64,000 bases of DNA from the human T2T-CHM13v2.0 reference genome, Homo sapiens. A program made the position numbers and the translations under genes. This document shows, in pieces, positions 1 to 21,179 of this stretch. The notes under the pieces were generated by a model. The model was not told the origin of the DNA, did not search any database, and saw only the letters and a program-made list of their open reading frames with translations. Each line of letters starts with the position of its first letter. The first letter of the stretch is position 1. The DNA is taken from the NCBI RefSeq assembly GCF_009914755.1, contig NC_060947.1; one strand, written 5' to 3'.

Positions 1-3000
1 ATAGGGTTGTGATGATTCAATGGGTTAAGAAATGTAAACCACTTAATGCCCAATACACGGTAAGCACTATTAGCTATTTTTGTTGTTATTGCTGGTTTAT
101 ATCAATCATCTCATTAATATATGCTATTATTATCTCAATTTTCAGAAAAAGGAAACTGGGGCTTAGAAAAGTGAAATTACTAAGTCAAGGGAACACAGCA
201 AGGGAGTGGCAGAGCCAGGGTTCAAAGCCAGGTCTATGTGACTCTCAAGCCCAGTGGAGGTCACTCTTTAGCACACTACTGAGAGGAGGTGATGTCCCTC
301 AGAGAAATGGAAGCCATCAACAGGGTGCTCGCTGGGAAGGAGCAACTCTGGAAGTTCCTGCTTTGTCTCCCCTGCTTTCCCTACTGTCCACACCTCCAAC
401 CTTATCTGGGGGGCTCCTAGCTCCACGTGCATACCATCAGTCCTCAGTCAGGTCTCAGGGGGCCAGTCCTCTTTCCAAAGGCCATTGCCAATGCAGCCTT
501 CATCTGCAAAGAGGACAAGTCCATGTTCTCCCACTGAACCACAGTCTTGCAGTAACAAATTCACTTTGGAGTCATGGACCAGCCTCTGCTCCCAAGTAGA
601 TCTCAAGCCTCACAGGCCAGTGGGGTCGGGGTTAGAGGGCCTGAGGGGAACTCAGAAGGGCAGGGGCTTGTCTGGGGAGTGGAGGCAGTTTCGCGGAGGA
701 AGTGGTCTTGGAACTGAGGAGAACATTGCCAGTTGGAGTGAGGCCAGGAATGTTCATGAATTTTTAAGGGAAAGGGAATGGAGTGTGCAAAGGCCCAGAG
801 GCATGCAAGGGCCTCGTATGTACAGAAAAGCAGGAAGTAATTCAAGATGTCTGAAATTTGGGCTAAGTAGAAGAGGAAAGAAGGATAGCATAGGCAGATG
901 AGATGGCATAGATAATTAATGAGCAGATAGGGAAGAAAATGCCAAAAGCAGGTCTACAAGTCTTCCCACGAGGAAGGAGAGCCATTGAGGGGTTTTGTAG
1001 AGGAGCAGCAAGGCCAGGTGTGTGAATTCAAAGGCCCACGGCCCCCACCCCCAGGCATGTTGAAGGTGGACCTATTAGAACAGGTAGAGACTAGAGCCTG
1101 CTTCAGTAGCTCAGGTGAGAGAGGAGGAAGGGCTGAACTGTGGGTGGAGAGGTCATCAATTTGGGGACACTCTTTCTGGCAAGCCTCACAGCCAACAGGC
1201 CTCATCTGTATGATGCAAGAGGTGAAGGAGACCACAGTCGCTGGAGGCACCCGCCCTTCTCTAGCTTGGTCATGTGAGGAGATCCTACAAGGCAAGGCTT
1301 CCCCAGGCCGTGGGACCTTCGCCATGAGTTCACCTGCTGACATCTTCCCTTTTAGCCTCTTTCTCACCCGAACAGCCCACTGCAAGAGCAGAATAAAAAG
1401 CCTGGGCCCTACTTTCCCACACAAACACACCACCCCCACCCCCCATCAGGAGAGTTGCTGAGGCGAGGGGCCCCGCTCTACCCCATGTGTGGCAGGCAGG
1501 AAGGGGAGAGGGGACACAGGGAGCAGGTCAGGGCCTGCTCTCTGTCAAAGGAAATATCCACCCTCCTAAGCCTTTAAGAAACTGTTTTCTTCCAAGTAGG
1601 TCCCGCTGTTACCAGGGCAACCGAGAGCCCTGGTATTTGTGTTTCTGTCTTTGGAGTCCCTGGGGAGAAGTGGCCTGCCGAGCTTTCCCTAGTCTGGGCA
1701 GGATACAGGAAGTGCTGGCCGGAGGTGGAGCCCACTCCCCACCTCCCATTAAGGGGGTGGTCTCTTGCCTGATTAATGCCTGTCCTTATCCCCTGGAAGA
1801 GTCCACCCCCACCCTCAGGAGCCACTTCTGGCGGTCAAGGGCACAGGCTTTGGCTCCTATGGACCTGGTTTCTCGGGGGCAGAATTCTGCACCTACCTTG
1901 TGGCACATCTCTCTCAAATGGGTGTCACCTGCTGTCTGAGGCAGGTATCCAGGAGGGGCAAGCTCACATCAGACCATGGTACCTGCTGAGGGATCGTCAC
2001 GCATGCTATGTTTCTTGATCACTTACTTTGTGCTAGAACTGGATCTGTGGGTCGGTTCTTGCTCCAGGGAGCTCTAGGGGAAGGCTCAGAACCAAACTGG
2101 CCATTAAATGTCACACGGGCTAGTTAGTTCCCAAAGCTCTATGCTGCTCTAGGCTGGGCTGTGTTGGATGTTAGAATTGCCTAGGGAGCTTTCTAGATGT
2201 AGACATTCCTGGAGATTTTGTTTCCAACGGCGTGGGTGCAGGTGGGGAGTAGAGGTTAAGAGCATGGGCTCTGGATGTCAAACTGCTGGGGTTCACAGTC
2301 AAACTCGGCAAACAGGGCAAGTGACCTCAAGCCACTTGCCTGATTGGTTTCCTCACTTACAGAATGAACGTGGGGAAGTCACAGCTGTTTCACAGGCAGC
2401 AAGATTTTCCTTGCCTTCCTCCATCGCTCAGCCCAGGAGAGGGTTTTTAGGACCCTCGCCATCCTTGTCACCCTTCTACTGTCTTCCTTCCTTCCTTCCT
2501 TCCTTTTATTCTGATGTTTTCTTACTCCTGGCAAGCCAAAGGGCTTCTGTGAGGTGCAACTTTGTCCCCTTCCACAGGGCAGCCAGGGCCCCAGGTGGGC
2601 CCTGCCCATCTCAAGGATTCCACATTGCTATTGCAGCAGCCCAGGAAAGCATTGGCGCATCTGACAGCCAGGTCAGTCTGTGATTCTGACCGATCTCCTG
2701 TCAATTCACATCCTCAGATTTTCATTTTCACAAGCTTCTTCTAAGCCACATCTCCCCCACTTAGGCTTCTGCAGTTGCTTTTCTGAACCTGACTGCAGGA
2801 TCTCAGATGAGCCCCTAGTAAAGGTCATTTCAGTGCATCCTTCCAGGTTAGGGAGAGTTTTTTGGCCCCTCATTCCCTTTTAGAGGACATTAGAGGACAT
2901 CTTCTAGTCCTCCAAGCTTTGTACCACCTGCAGATGCCCTTAGCAGGCTGCCTCTAGGTCTCCATCCAGTGGCCCATTTATTCACTCACTTCTTCATTTA

Positions 3001-4734
3001 TGTACCAAACTAGGATTGAGATTCTACTGTGTACCAAGTAGTGTGCTGGGCCCCAGGGACTCAACAGTGACTAGACAGATCAAGAAGCCATGGCCCGAGA
3101 GGGGATGAGACTCATGCCAGAGCCCATATAGAGTCAGCAGCAAGGCTGGACTGGAATCCAGGGTTCTTTTCCCCATTCCCACAGTGCTTCCTGCTTCAGG
3201 GTTGGGGCAAGGCTGACTCTGTTTGTCTTTTTTTCCACCTTCTCTGGCCATAACACAATCTGGGCTCACCTATCACTACTTGTGATGTCATAAGAAATCC
3301 CCTGGGTGCTGGAGACCTTGTCAGGCACCCTGAAGAGTACTGGGGAGTCCTAGTGCTCACTGATGAAGCCCACGACCCCATAACCCTGTTCCTCCCTAGA
3401 AGGGGCAGTCAACCACATACTTAGAACTGCCACCTGGCTGGTTCCCCCAGAGCTTCCAGAGATGGTGCACCTGATGCGTGCTTCGTTGCTTTGGCAAAGA
3501 CCCAGAATCCAGGCAGGTTGAGACTTCAAGCTTGTCAGGAGTCTCTCCTGGGAGATAGCAAGCACGGTGTATTTGAGTTAAGAATGTATATGGGTTTGGG
3601 AGTCACGAAGACCTGGAGTCCCCCATATGACCTAATATCTCTGAGATTCAGGTCCCTCAGCTCTAAAAGGAGACAGCATCACCTGCCTCACTTAATTGTG
3701 GAGATGAAATGATGTTGGCGAAAGTCCCTGGCACATGGTCAGAAATACCATGGTTTCCTCCCTCCCTCCCTTCCTCTTAAAGGGACAAAGCAAATGTGCC
3801 TCTGAAACCAGGGTTTGTTTCCCCCACGGGAATCCTGCAAGCTGGAGGCAGGGGGGGTAGGACAGGGCAGAACTAGGAGACCAGCCTGGCCTGTTAGACA
3901 GCAGGGCCAGCGGAGTGGGGGCAGAGAGGTGCTAAGTGTCCCCAGAGCTAATGGGCAGCTGCAGGGCTGTGACAGAGCCACTCACTAGCTGTCAACCTTG
4001 GGCCAGTGACTTCTCTCTAAGCCTCAGTGTCCTCATCTTTAAGATGAGGGTAAGGGTAGTTAGTTCTTTCCCCCCAGGATATCATTATCAGAATGAAATA
4101 AGATAACAGATGTGAAGTGCCTGGCACAGCACTCAAAAGCAGCAGAGGCTTAATGAATGTTCCCACCCACTTCCCCTGGAAAAAAAAAAAAGTCCAATTC
4201 ATGCTGGGAAACTTGGGCAAATCCCAGAATGGGATTCAGTTTCTTCTGACCCCACAGTCCGTGAGGAGCCATGAGATCTTGCTTGGAGGGCCTCTTACAT
4301 GGACTGCTCTGGGGACTTGTGATTCATCACCAGCTAACTCACTGGTATCCCATAGCGCCACCTAGTGCCAAAAAGCGGAAGGGCCCTCCCCAGCCAACCT
4401 GGCCTCTTTCTCTTCCTTCACTCAAAGTCCCATGCATGCCCGTGCGTGCCTGTAGGGCTGGGCCACCCATAGTCCCCGGGAGAACGAATGCTATTTTTCA
4501 AGATGCCCAGTGCTTCCACTTCCCTCCCAACAATTTCTTCCATCCACAAATGCACAGAACTGTAGACAGGTCCCTTGAGCCTCACCGGCCCTTGGTTTCC
4601 TTGTCTAAGGATTTCAAGACTTCAGGGTAGGGTTGACTCCGGCAGGGGACCTTGGAAGTACCCTATGCCTACTCTGTACCCATCTATGCTTGCTCAATAA
4701 CAAAGAGGCACAATCTTTACACACCCTTTATATT

Positions 4735-4740
4735 TTTATT
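4735..4740 (-). terminator. RTL5: Probable RTL5 polyadenylation signal (AATAAA on - strand), implying a ~2.7 kb 3'UTR
   Basis: TTTATT on + at 4735-4740, followed on the - strand by GU-rich sequence (GGGTGTGTAAAGATTGTG). Cleavage near 4715-4720 is inferred. Confidence 0.65.
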
Positions 4741-5236
4741 GAGGAGAGAAAGCTTTAGCATACAGAGCAGCTTCTTATCTTCACAACACAGTAATGCAAC
4801 AATAACACATGTATTCCAAAAGGGTTTCCTCCCGAGCCTCTGGGAGACCTTGGGCTGCCTTCATACCCCTGCATGCATCCCCTCCCCCCACCCCTCTTTC
4901 AACCCAAGAAAGCTCCCAAAGCCCACAGTTCCTCTTACAGCTCTTATGGCTGTTACATCACAACAAATATTGAAGATCTGGGAAAGGAAGGAAGAGGGTC
5001 AAAGGGAAGCCCAAGCCCCTCCTGCCCCAGAGGGTGGAAACCAGCTCACTGCTCATCTGCTCTATCCCTGGCTGTAGCTCTGAGGGTTCAGGGTGAGAAG
5101 CACCATGGGAACAGGCAGGACCTGTGCTGAAGGGTCCCTGGAAGTGTGGGTTTAAGGCACCCGTCCTTCACACTTCTCCACAGGGACATGGGGCAGCAGG
5201 GCCAGAGTGTTGACCATCAGCAAACAGGGTCCACTG

Positions 5237-5276
5237 CCTCGAAGAATAGCAGGTCCCCTCGAAGAATAGCAGGTCC
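5237..5276. repeat. Exact 20-bp tandem duplication CCTCGAAGAATAGCAGGTCC x2
   Basis: Read directly from the sequence. Confidence 0.95.
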
Positions 5277-7436
5277 CCTTCTGGAATGCACTCTTGAGGA
5301 AATCAGATAAAATCAGCTGAAAAACAGACAAAATTTTCTTTACAAAGTTGTTTACTCCTGCCCTGGTGGGGATGGGGAAAACCAGACAATTGAAAGGTCC
5401 AACAAATTAGGAGAATGCTTAAATGAATTATTCAGTATGCATGACTGCACAGGTGGCAGCCATTTTAAATCCTGCTGATCAAGAACTGGCAGGGTGATCT
5501 CAGCTTTGACAAGACATAGCAAGAACACACTAGAAAGGAAAGCAGCAAAGTGTTAATAGTGCTTGCCTCTGTGTGGTGGGACTCTGAATGGCTGGGGGGT
5601 TTTTGTCCTCATAGTTTTCTCTATTTTCCAAACTTTCTTTAATGATTATGTATTACTTTTCTCTTTGGAGAGAGGGGATCTTTTTAAAAGGTAGCAACAG
5701 GTTATAGGAATCCAAATCCACTGATCCCCAGGCTGAGAAACAAAAGCGCTAATGAAAAGGGCATCTTACCTCCCACTGATGAATAGAGACCTCACCAGAA
5801 ACCAGTCAGAGGACTGGGTTTCTCTGCGACTCCTCTTCCTCCAGCTTTTTTCTCTTGCCTCCAGGCCCAAGATCCTAAGGTCCGCCTGAGATTATCGGTC
5901 AGACTCCCATGAGGAACAGAGGTTGAATTTACTATGCTTTCTTCCCTTTGGCCACAAACCCTGGCTGCACTTGCTCTGCTGCCAGTCACTGTGCAGAAAG
6001 TCCAGTGTCCAGGGGCAGTTCAGGCCAGCAGTGGATTTGGCTGGCATTTTATGGCCAAAACTGACATAGTAAGTGTGTGTTTTTCACTGCAGAAGCAGTG
6101 CTTTCTGGACTCAAGGCAAGCAGTGGGTCTCTTTATAAGGGCACCTGAGTTTGTACCTAGAAGTCCCAGGAGTTCCTAGGAGGCAGCCACCCTCTTAAGC
6201 TTTACTGTGTCACTGAAGCACAGCAGCAGGCCAGGGGTTGGCCCCCATGAGGGGTCCCAGCTGTGAGGCCACGGTAGGTGCAGCCTTCCTCTCTCCTCTC
6301 AGAACTAAGGGTTCCTTGAAATTGAAGGGAGCTCAGAGCAGGCCATGGGCCCTCTCTCTGTCTGTCCCAGAAGGAATGGCCAATCAGGCCTCCTCTGCAA
6401 CTCCAAGGATAGAAAGTGTCCTGCAAAGACCTTTGACTGGGGGCTGCAGTCCAAGGCCTGGCAAGGGGAGAAGACCACCATCCCTAAGGAAAGAGTCACT
6501 CTTTACAATGGCAGAATGATCGTTGCTGCTTCTTTCTCCTCCTCCTCTTCTTCCTCCTTCTCCTCTCCGGAACCCTAACTGGCTACCCTTTAGGCAACAT
6601 CAAGGAAAGTTGTGGAGCCTGCAATGTTGGGCGCTGTCCACCGGGGGTGCCCAGGAGGGCAATGTGGTGAGAGGAAAGGGCTCCAGATGTGTGGCAAGTC
6701 AGTCCAAGAGCCCTGATACAGGAATCTGTGCAAAGGTAAACTCAAGTGCTGTAAGTGGAACCAGCCTGCACAGTCAGTCAAGGGCAAATCTCCGTCAAGT
6801 TGTCCATTTGACATGTGGCTTTGCACACTCTCACTGGGCTAGATGTCGGGTCCTCTTCCAGGCCCTCTGCTGGAGGTGTGGCATGAAATGAGTGTAGGAT
6901 TCTAGGGACATTTCTGGATACCATCCTGCTCACCATCGATTATATCTAGCAACTGGCCTCAGTGGCTTTAGGAGTTCAGGGTAGCCTGTCCTCTTGCTCA
7001 TTGGGGCAGATCAGTGAGGCATTGGGTGAAGTCCTGGTGGGTCAGTCAGAGAATAAAACTGTAGAACATAGGGTGAAGAAACGCAGGAGAGGTGAGGGTT
7101 AGGAACAACCAGAGGGGAAATACAAGAGGGTGACCAGTTCATTTATGGGAACAGGCCCAGAAACTTGCTCTCCAGCTCGTGGCCGGACTGAGCAGAGTAC
7201 ATGCCAAGAGGGCAGCTATTGCTGATCCCTCCTTTCCCAGGTGGCCCTGGTTGGGCACACGTCGCTCTCTGGTCACGGTTGCAAGATGGTCTGGAATTCT
7301 GCAGGTCTTCTTCAGGTTCTGCAGGTCTGAAACTCCCTGAAGTCCTGGTCAGCAAATGGGGCAGGTATGGCAGCAATAGCAGGGGCGGGGGATGCAAAAG
7401 AAGGGTGTGTTCTGGGTGGCCATCTGGCCCCAGCAC

Positions 7437-9995
<2,559 letters not shown>

Positions 9996-11607
9996 TAATG
10001 ATTCTGAAAGAGGCTATTTCCAGGGCTGTTTCCCCCCATCCCCAGCCCCTTTTTTCAGCTCAGTAGCCCATGGGGAAACAAGGACAGAGACTGAGGCAGG
10101 GCCATAAGTTATGCCATTCACCGAGAGCTGGGTGGGAGACTCCCACAATGTGGGCCTACATTCCCTCCAGCCCCCCTCTTGCCACATCGCCCATGCCTTT
10201 GGGATCCTGGCACCAGAAGACAAAGGGGGCATCTGCAGGATCTCCCACTCTGGGCTTCACTCACTCTGCTCTTGCAATAACCCCTGGATAGCTACTGCCT
10301 CACCAAAGTAAGCCCAATACACAGCACCCAGAGGTCACCTATTTTGTCCCCCCTAACCAAGCCTGAGCTTCTCGATGTAAAGAATCACATCTTGCTACCC
10401 TTAGGTTTCCAGAAGCACCTGGCACAAGGCTGGATTCCCTCCCCACCTGCCAAGAGGTGCTCAGTGGATGTTGAGCATGAAAAGAGGTCTTGTCAGCACT
10501 CCTTTATCTATACTAATAAAGGTTAACTCTAATGGCGAATAGAAAACTGCTGATGGGCCACCAACAGGATGACAGCCATAACCCCCACCCCCTACCAGGG
10601 CAGTGGTGACCTTGGAAAAGCAAGATGCCAAGGGACACCATGAGCCTTGTGTTCAGATAACAAAGGACTTGCCACACAGAAAAAGAGTCGATGTGCTCTG
10701 TGTTGCTACCATGGCAGAATTAGGACCAGTGGGTGGAAACCCAGAAGGAGGCACATTCCACCTCCAGATAAGGAAGAACTTTCTGACACACCTGACAGCC
10801 CCAACTGTCCGTGGAAGAAATGAGCTGCCTTGGGAGGGAGGGAGCTCCCCTTCCCTGCAGGTGTGTGCGCTGAGGCTGAAGAAACACCTAGAAGGGCTGC
10901 TGAGGAGGGAGTCTGGGCACAGAATGAGGCGTTGGACCAAAGAACCCCAAGAGCAACCCCAAATCTCTGTGATTCTGAGTCTTTGTTCAGTGTACATACA
11001 GCATGAATGTCCCTTCTCTACTCTCACTTTCTTCATGTATTCTCATCAAATTCATCACTTCAATCAACCCTATTCAAATCTTGTGCATCCTTACTCACTG
11101 ATGATGCCGCTGAACTTCTGCCTCTTTTATGCTGTTACCTCCTCCTTCCCTCTCCTTCACTTAGCCCTCCTAGACCTGACATCACTTACAGCGGGACTAA
11201 GGTGCAGGGAACACGGCCCACAAAGGCTCAAGTAAAAGTTCTTGACATCCAAGAAAGAACTCCAGATTGGACTTCCTGGTGTAAATCTCTTCTTGCTTCA
11301 CACAGGTCATTTCCTTGGTAGGGTCGCAGAAAACCTTAAGAGCTGCAGGGCTTCAAAGAGAGGAACTTGCAGTCCAAAGTAGCAAAAGGTGTCTGCATTC
11401 TGAGCCTCTTTTCGTAACTGAGCACTCAAGGTGGGGATCATTGAGATAAGGGCTTGGTCCCCAAACCACCACAGCATGAATTTATTGACTTTCTCTTCTC
11501 CTCGATCCTCATGGTCCTGGGAAGCAAGCACTTTTCCATTTCCAAATCCAGTGGCTCAAACACCTGGAAATAGCCTAAAGAAAATGCAAGTCAGGCCTGG
11601 CAGCTAG

Positions 11608-11868
<261 letters not shown>

Positions 11869-12041
11869 TGACAAGAGACCTCCAGCTGCTTACTTTACCC
11901 ACTGGAAGCTGCTCAGCCCTGCTCACCAGCAGAGCTACCCTGAGGCCCCACTGGGATAGGCCCTGCACAGCAGGTGCCTGGCCTGGTGGCCTGTCCACGC
12001 TTTCCTGCCTCCCAGACGAAGCCTCCAACTACCCAGCCTAA

Positions 12042-12320
<279 letters not shown>

Positions 12321-13353
12321 TAGCACCGCCTTTGTCTTCTTCCCTTCATGCCTCTACAGACCATCCTCTTTGATGCACTGGGTATTGGGGGAGGGAAGTG
12401 AGACTTTCTTTGCTACCGGCTCACCTTGCGCTGTCACGATCATGGCTCTTGCCAGGGAACGGAGGCATGCAGAAGAGGGGGCGCTGGCTGCTCTTTCTTC
12501 ACCCCCTCCTGGCACTGCCACCCTAACTGAGACCATTTGATAGCAAGCAAAATTTTCTTAACAGAAAGCTCCAAAGCCTTATGAACTTCTGTGCTCTTCA
12601 GAGCACTTATGGAAACTTAAAGTTTGTGAGTTCTGTTTGGGTCAGGGCAAGACAACTTCTTGTGCTCAGAGCTGGGTTTGGAGTACACTGATAAGAGTCG
12701 GAGCAGGAGAGTGGGGTTTGGAGTGCTGGTGGTAACAAGGGAGGAGCACACCTGGGCACAGACCAAAGGCCTGGTAGCACTTTCACTGGACACTAGTCTT
12801 CTAGCAAGGTGGGCTTCTTCAACTTGTTTGGCAAGTTTTCAAGAAAAGAAGTGGTAGAAAGGTCCTAAGGCCAAAAAGACCAAAAGGGGACCCAGTACAA
12901 TTTTAAGAGTGGGGAACGTGCTGTATTATATGTAGCCCAGCTGGCTGTGGCTCTGGGGGCATGTGGCACACTATACCATGCTCACTATTAATCCATGATC
13001 TACACTCCATCAGCTGTAAGGGGAAGAGAAGGAGGGCCAGTCATTTGAGAAGGAGATAGGGCCAGCGACATGATGAAACCATGATCTCAGTAACCTAAAG
13101 GGATCAGAGGGGTCCTGTGAGCCAGCGCCAGCCTGTGCTCTGCTGGGAAATGTTGATGAAGATGATGAGGACAGCTCTGGCCACATGTGGCAATGCTCCC
13201 TGGATATGGGGTCCTCCACTGTCACTGGCATCATTTCAGAAAATCAGAGGCAGGAAATACAGCCCACAGCCTAGGGAAATATACCAAAAGGAGTGAGGGC
13301 TGATGAGGAAAGACTCCAGAAGTGATGTTGAACATTTTGTGTCTAAATGTCTA

Positions 13354-13650
<297 letters not shown>

Positions 13651-14304
13651 TAAATGTCTGTCTTCCTCTCAATGAGGCTGTCCTTGAGCATTGCCCACAG
13701 AGCCACTTGCTGAGGTGTCTGTGAACGTGTGCAGCTGTGTGGCTGGCTGAATGAGAGAAAGGGAGGGGGAATCACAGACCTCGCCCCACCACCCTGCCTT
13801 GCCTTGACTCTGACCCAGCCATTTCCCAGCACCCAAAGACTGACCTAGCACTTTAAGAGAAATACAGCTCTAAAAAATTTTTTTAATAATATTAAGTAAG
13901 GCATATTATTGAGGAAATCTTCCATTTTAATTGTGTTGAATTTGAAAACATTATCAAGTCAGTAAACAAACTGAATTAACAGATATTTTGAAAGTACCAT
14001 GTAACTCAGATGAAGTGATAACTATAATCTGTGTCAATAATTTTCCTAAATTGAAAAGCCAGTGCCAGGAAAAAAAGAGAGAGAGAGAAAGAGAAAGAAA
14101 TAGAGCTCAATCACCATGCTGTGAGCCAGCTTTGGTAAAATGTGACCAGGTGACTGTAGGACAGACTATCAGGCATCTTCCTGGATGGTGGAGGGCAGTA
14201 GGGCAGCCTCTTGGAGACACTGGCCTCACTTGGCCCATATAAAGGCCTTCTCTGAGAAAAGATCACAGTCAAGCAGCATCTAGTCCCAGTCCGCTGCTCT
14301 ACAC

Positions 14305-14479
14305 CAGTGGTTCTCACCCCTGGCTGTACCTCTGAATAATCACTTGAAGACTTCTAGAAAATGCTTCTACCTGAGCCCTACTCCCAGAGATTTCAGTGTT
14401 CTGGGGTAAGGTCCAGGTGTTGCAGTTTCAAAAGCTGCCCAGTTGAGTTTAATATGTAGCCCAGGGTTGAAAACCACTG
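14305..14479. mobile_element. MER5A-like hAT-Charlie MITE
   Basis: Terminal inverted repeats CAGTGGTTCTCA ... TGAAAACCACTG, about 175 bp long. Confidence 0.75.
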
Positions 14480-14655
14480 CCCCAGGCCACCTAAAACTTA
14501 CAGGCAACCTGGGTGCAGCCTGGGAAACCCAGCATGCATTCCCAGGGCCAAGTTGGGAAGGATGAGGAAGAAGTGCCACCTGCCTTGGATGCTATTCATG
14601 CTTATCACGACTGCCATCATTCTCTTCTCTCAGGCCAATTTCCACCGTGCTTTAA

Positions 14656-14925
<270 letters not shown>

Positions 14926-15189
14926 TAATTGGGTGGAGGAGGGGGCCTCCGGATGTCCTGAAAAAGCCAATATGGTAATTAAGAATAGCTAAGGGCCTCT
15001 TGTCAAGGGTGGCAACTGAATATGGAGAGTAGGTCTTCCGGGCTAATGAATCCATTACATTATTGTTTCCCATTATAAATGTAATACAACCAGATATGCC
15101 AAATTTAGGCAAATAGATGAAGAGAGAGGGTTCCTCACCATCATCTTAACAGAACCATTACTACCATTAAGTGAATGCTGGCCAGGAGC

Positions 15190-15410
15190 ACAGACCAGGG
15201 AGATAGCAGAGGGTAAGAGCCCTGGTCTTTCCGCTTACTAACCAGGAGACCTTGGCCAAGTGACATAACCTCTCTGAGCCTCAGCTTCTTCATCTATAAA
15301 GTGGGGATAATGATACTGACACGGTGGAATTAGCATGAAGATTAGCGTTATTGTATGTAACTTGCCTACCATGTGCCTGGTACATAGTCAGTGTCCAATA
15401 AATGGTGGCT
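15190..15410 (+). mobile_element. MIR SINE
   Basis: MIR core (accttggccaagtgacataacctctctgagcctcagctttctcatctataaagtgggg). Similar decayed MIRs lie near 1-260, 2250-2370, 3980-4150, 27420-27560 and 57490-57740. Confidence 0.7.
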
Positions 15411-15936
15411 ATTGTTACAAATTCTCATAGCAGTAGTAGTTATAATAATAATAATAATGACATGACAGTATTAATTGTTTGTGTGTATGAGAAAACCTTT
15501 GGGGATTTGGAACATCCAAACGGTTTCCTCACATCCGTAGATTATCCTCAGCCTCTTATGTTGCAAAGTCTAAAAGTGATGGGTGCGAACAATGCAACCA
15601 GACTCTTAGCTTTGCATCTTGGGCATGCTCCAGAGTCATTGCTGGAGCCAAACGTCACACCATGCCGTCCTTAGTTCGGAAGCCTCTACTCTCATCTCTA
15701 GATGGATGAATGCTGAGGTCTGTGATGGTTTCATGAGCCTGGGGTGAAAGTATGGGGAAAATGCAAGGTAATCCCACGTGACACTTCAGCTCTAAGAGGA
15801 ATAATCAAAGCTGGAAAGTATTTGGCAGCCATCTGGACCATTCAAGGGCACCGTATGTCTCACTGTGGGGTGATGGGCAAGGACCCAATTTCCCCAGCAT
15901 CTTCATCCATGGAAGGGAAGAACCAAGGAATTCTGA

Positions 15937-18378
<2,442 letters not shown>

Positions 18379-18984
18379 TAGTAAACTGTCTGCTGGCTTT
18401 TTCCTTCAGTCACAGGAGAGATGAGGGTGAGAACGGAGTGCCAGAGATGGAAGCAGATGCCCCAGAATAATTATCCTGATCCCAAGTCAGTAGCGGGCAC
18501 CCTTTGAGGGTTTGAGTTACTCTAAATAGGAACCACGGGCTGGCCTTACTGCCCTTGAGATCAAGACTAGCCCGAGGCAGATCTCCAAGGCCCAGTTTAG
18601 GCCACTCTCCCCTCTAAATCTCTAGTGCTGAGATAATGAAATCAAACTAGGTTCTAGCACCCTAGGACTTCAGCATCCCACATCCCTAGCCAAGCATGCA
18701 TCCTGTCTTGGGAACTACTCCACCTCACTGTACAGTACTTTTCATTGGCTGCAGTGAATTTAGTTCCCTACATGGGACCCAGTACCCCACCAGACTGAGT
18801 TCAAGTGCCATGGCAGGCTCGGAGCCATCTGAAACAACGGAATATGTTGCCACCAGCAGCCTCTTTTTGTGCCTTCCGGAGGAAAGGGAGCTCACTTTCT
18901 TGGGTGGTTTGAGTTCTTTGGCTCTTCCTGGAACCATAAACATAATACATAATGCTTCTCATCCTTTCTTTTTCTGTCTCTTTT

Positions 18985-19310
18985 TGTTTTAATTGTGGTA
19001 AAGTACCCATAACATTTACCATCTTGACCATTTTTAAGTGTGCAGTTCATTCGTGTTAAGCACATTCACATTGTTAAGCAACCAATCTCCCGAACTCCTT
19101 TCATCTTGCAAAACTGAAACTCTGTACCCAGTAAACAACAACTCCTCCTTCTCCCTCCCCGCAGATTCCTCCCTCCAACCACCATTCTACTTTCTGTCTC
19201 TATGAATTTGACTCTAGACACCTCATATAAGTGGAATCATACAGTATTTGTCTTTTTGTGACTGGCTTATTCCACTAAGCTTAATGTTGTCAGGGTTCAT
19301 CCATGTTTCT
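18985..19310 (-). mobile_element. Old L1M 3'-end fragment in NHSL2 intron 6
   Basis: Antisense L1MB-like text (accattctactttctgtctctatgaatttgact...ctcatataagtggaatcatacagtatttgtc). Confidence 0.75.
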
Positions 19311-19769
19311 CATTCTTTTCTGAACCCTTAACACCAAAAATCAAAATCTCATGGCCTTCTATATGCAAATTTGGACTTTCAATATGAGTCAATTATGACT
19401 AAGTCAAGTAAATAAATCAAAGCCCCAGGTAGTTGTAGAAAACACTTCCTCAGACTCCACAGGCTCCCCTCTGAGATTCAAATAGGTTCCACTCTCACCC
19501 ACTGGGTGGGAGTCACTAGTTTAGATCACTCCCAGCTCCTTCATTTGGAGAAATGATATACAGTGTTTAAAACAAGAGAATGCTCGGGCCACCTGTTATA
19601 ATGACAAAGACATGACAGAATAGGGACCCACGCTGATCTTCACCACTCACTCCACCTTGGGCAAATCATTAAGCTTCTGAACTTCATATTCCTCCTCTGC
19701 AAAATGGAGGTATTAAAAATCTCCACCCTGCTGCCCTCACAGAGTTGCTTTCACCATCAAATGAAATAA

Positions 19770-20021
<252 letters not shown>

Positions 20022-20723
20022 TAAAGAAAACCTGCTATTCCACATTGAAATCCTAATTGTAAAAGAAAAAGAAAAAAATTAAAAATAAGAAAAACTGCTA
20101 CCTTTAAGCAGCCATTAGAATTGCACCTGGAGGCTAAGTTCAGATACCCACATATGTGAGCGCAGTCCAGGGCCTCGCATCTCAAATTCACTGACATCGT
20201 TGGGTAAAGTGGAGGAAGGGAGGGGAGAGGAGGACCAGGTGCCGAGTGAGAGGCCCCTCGTCTCCTAGCAACCACTTGGCCTATTGTGGCTCCATCTGCT
20301 CTCTCTTAGCTCTGTCTATAGTCAGAGACATTTAACCCTTCACAGAATTCCTTGTATCAAAAAAATCCCATCAAGAGTTGAAGTGGGGCACCAGGCAGCA
20401 TATCAAAACAGGAACTTAGGAAAAGAGGAACCAGATGGGGACCAGTTATTGGACAGGGTTACAAGGCAGGGGTTCAGTGACAAGAAAACTGGGAAGAGTT
20501 TATTATTGGAGCTAGACCACCAGTCCAGAACAGGATCAGTCCCCAGGCTGTCCTGATTCAGAGTCACTGAGCTACTAGCCTTGACTCCTGAAATTCGTCC
20601 TTGGTCCCAGAACCTGGGCAGGACTGAGGCTACAGGCACAGGACAAGTGACTCCAGCTGGGGGCATTGAAAGGAATATGGGGACGGGAGGGCCCAACAAG
20701 GGACTCTGAGGATTTAGAGGTGA

Positions 20724-21179
<456 letters not shown>

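Noticed and set aside
9-2683. Cluster of 130-196 aa ORFs at the window start
   Set aside because: No recognisable domains; they overlap MIR/L2 remnants in the NHSL2 intron.
6525-6570. Short Glu-codon-like purine run resembling the RTL5 acidic tract
   Set aside because: Too short and low-complexity to show duplication; ordinary simple repeat.
6590-6826. Possible decayed protease motif (NIAGSTTFLDV) in the RTL5 3'UTR
   Set aside because: No catalytic D-S/T-G and the spacing does not fit; cannot be supported without an HMM search.
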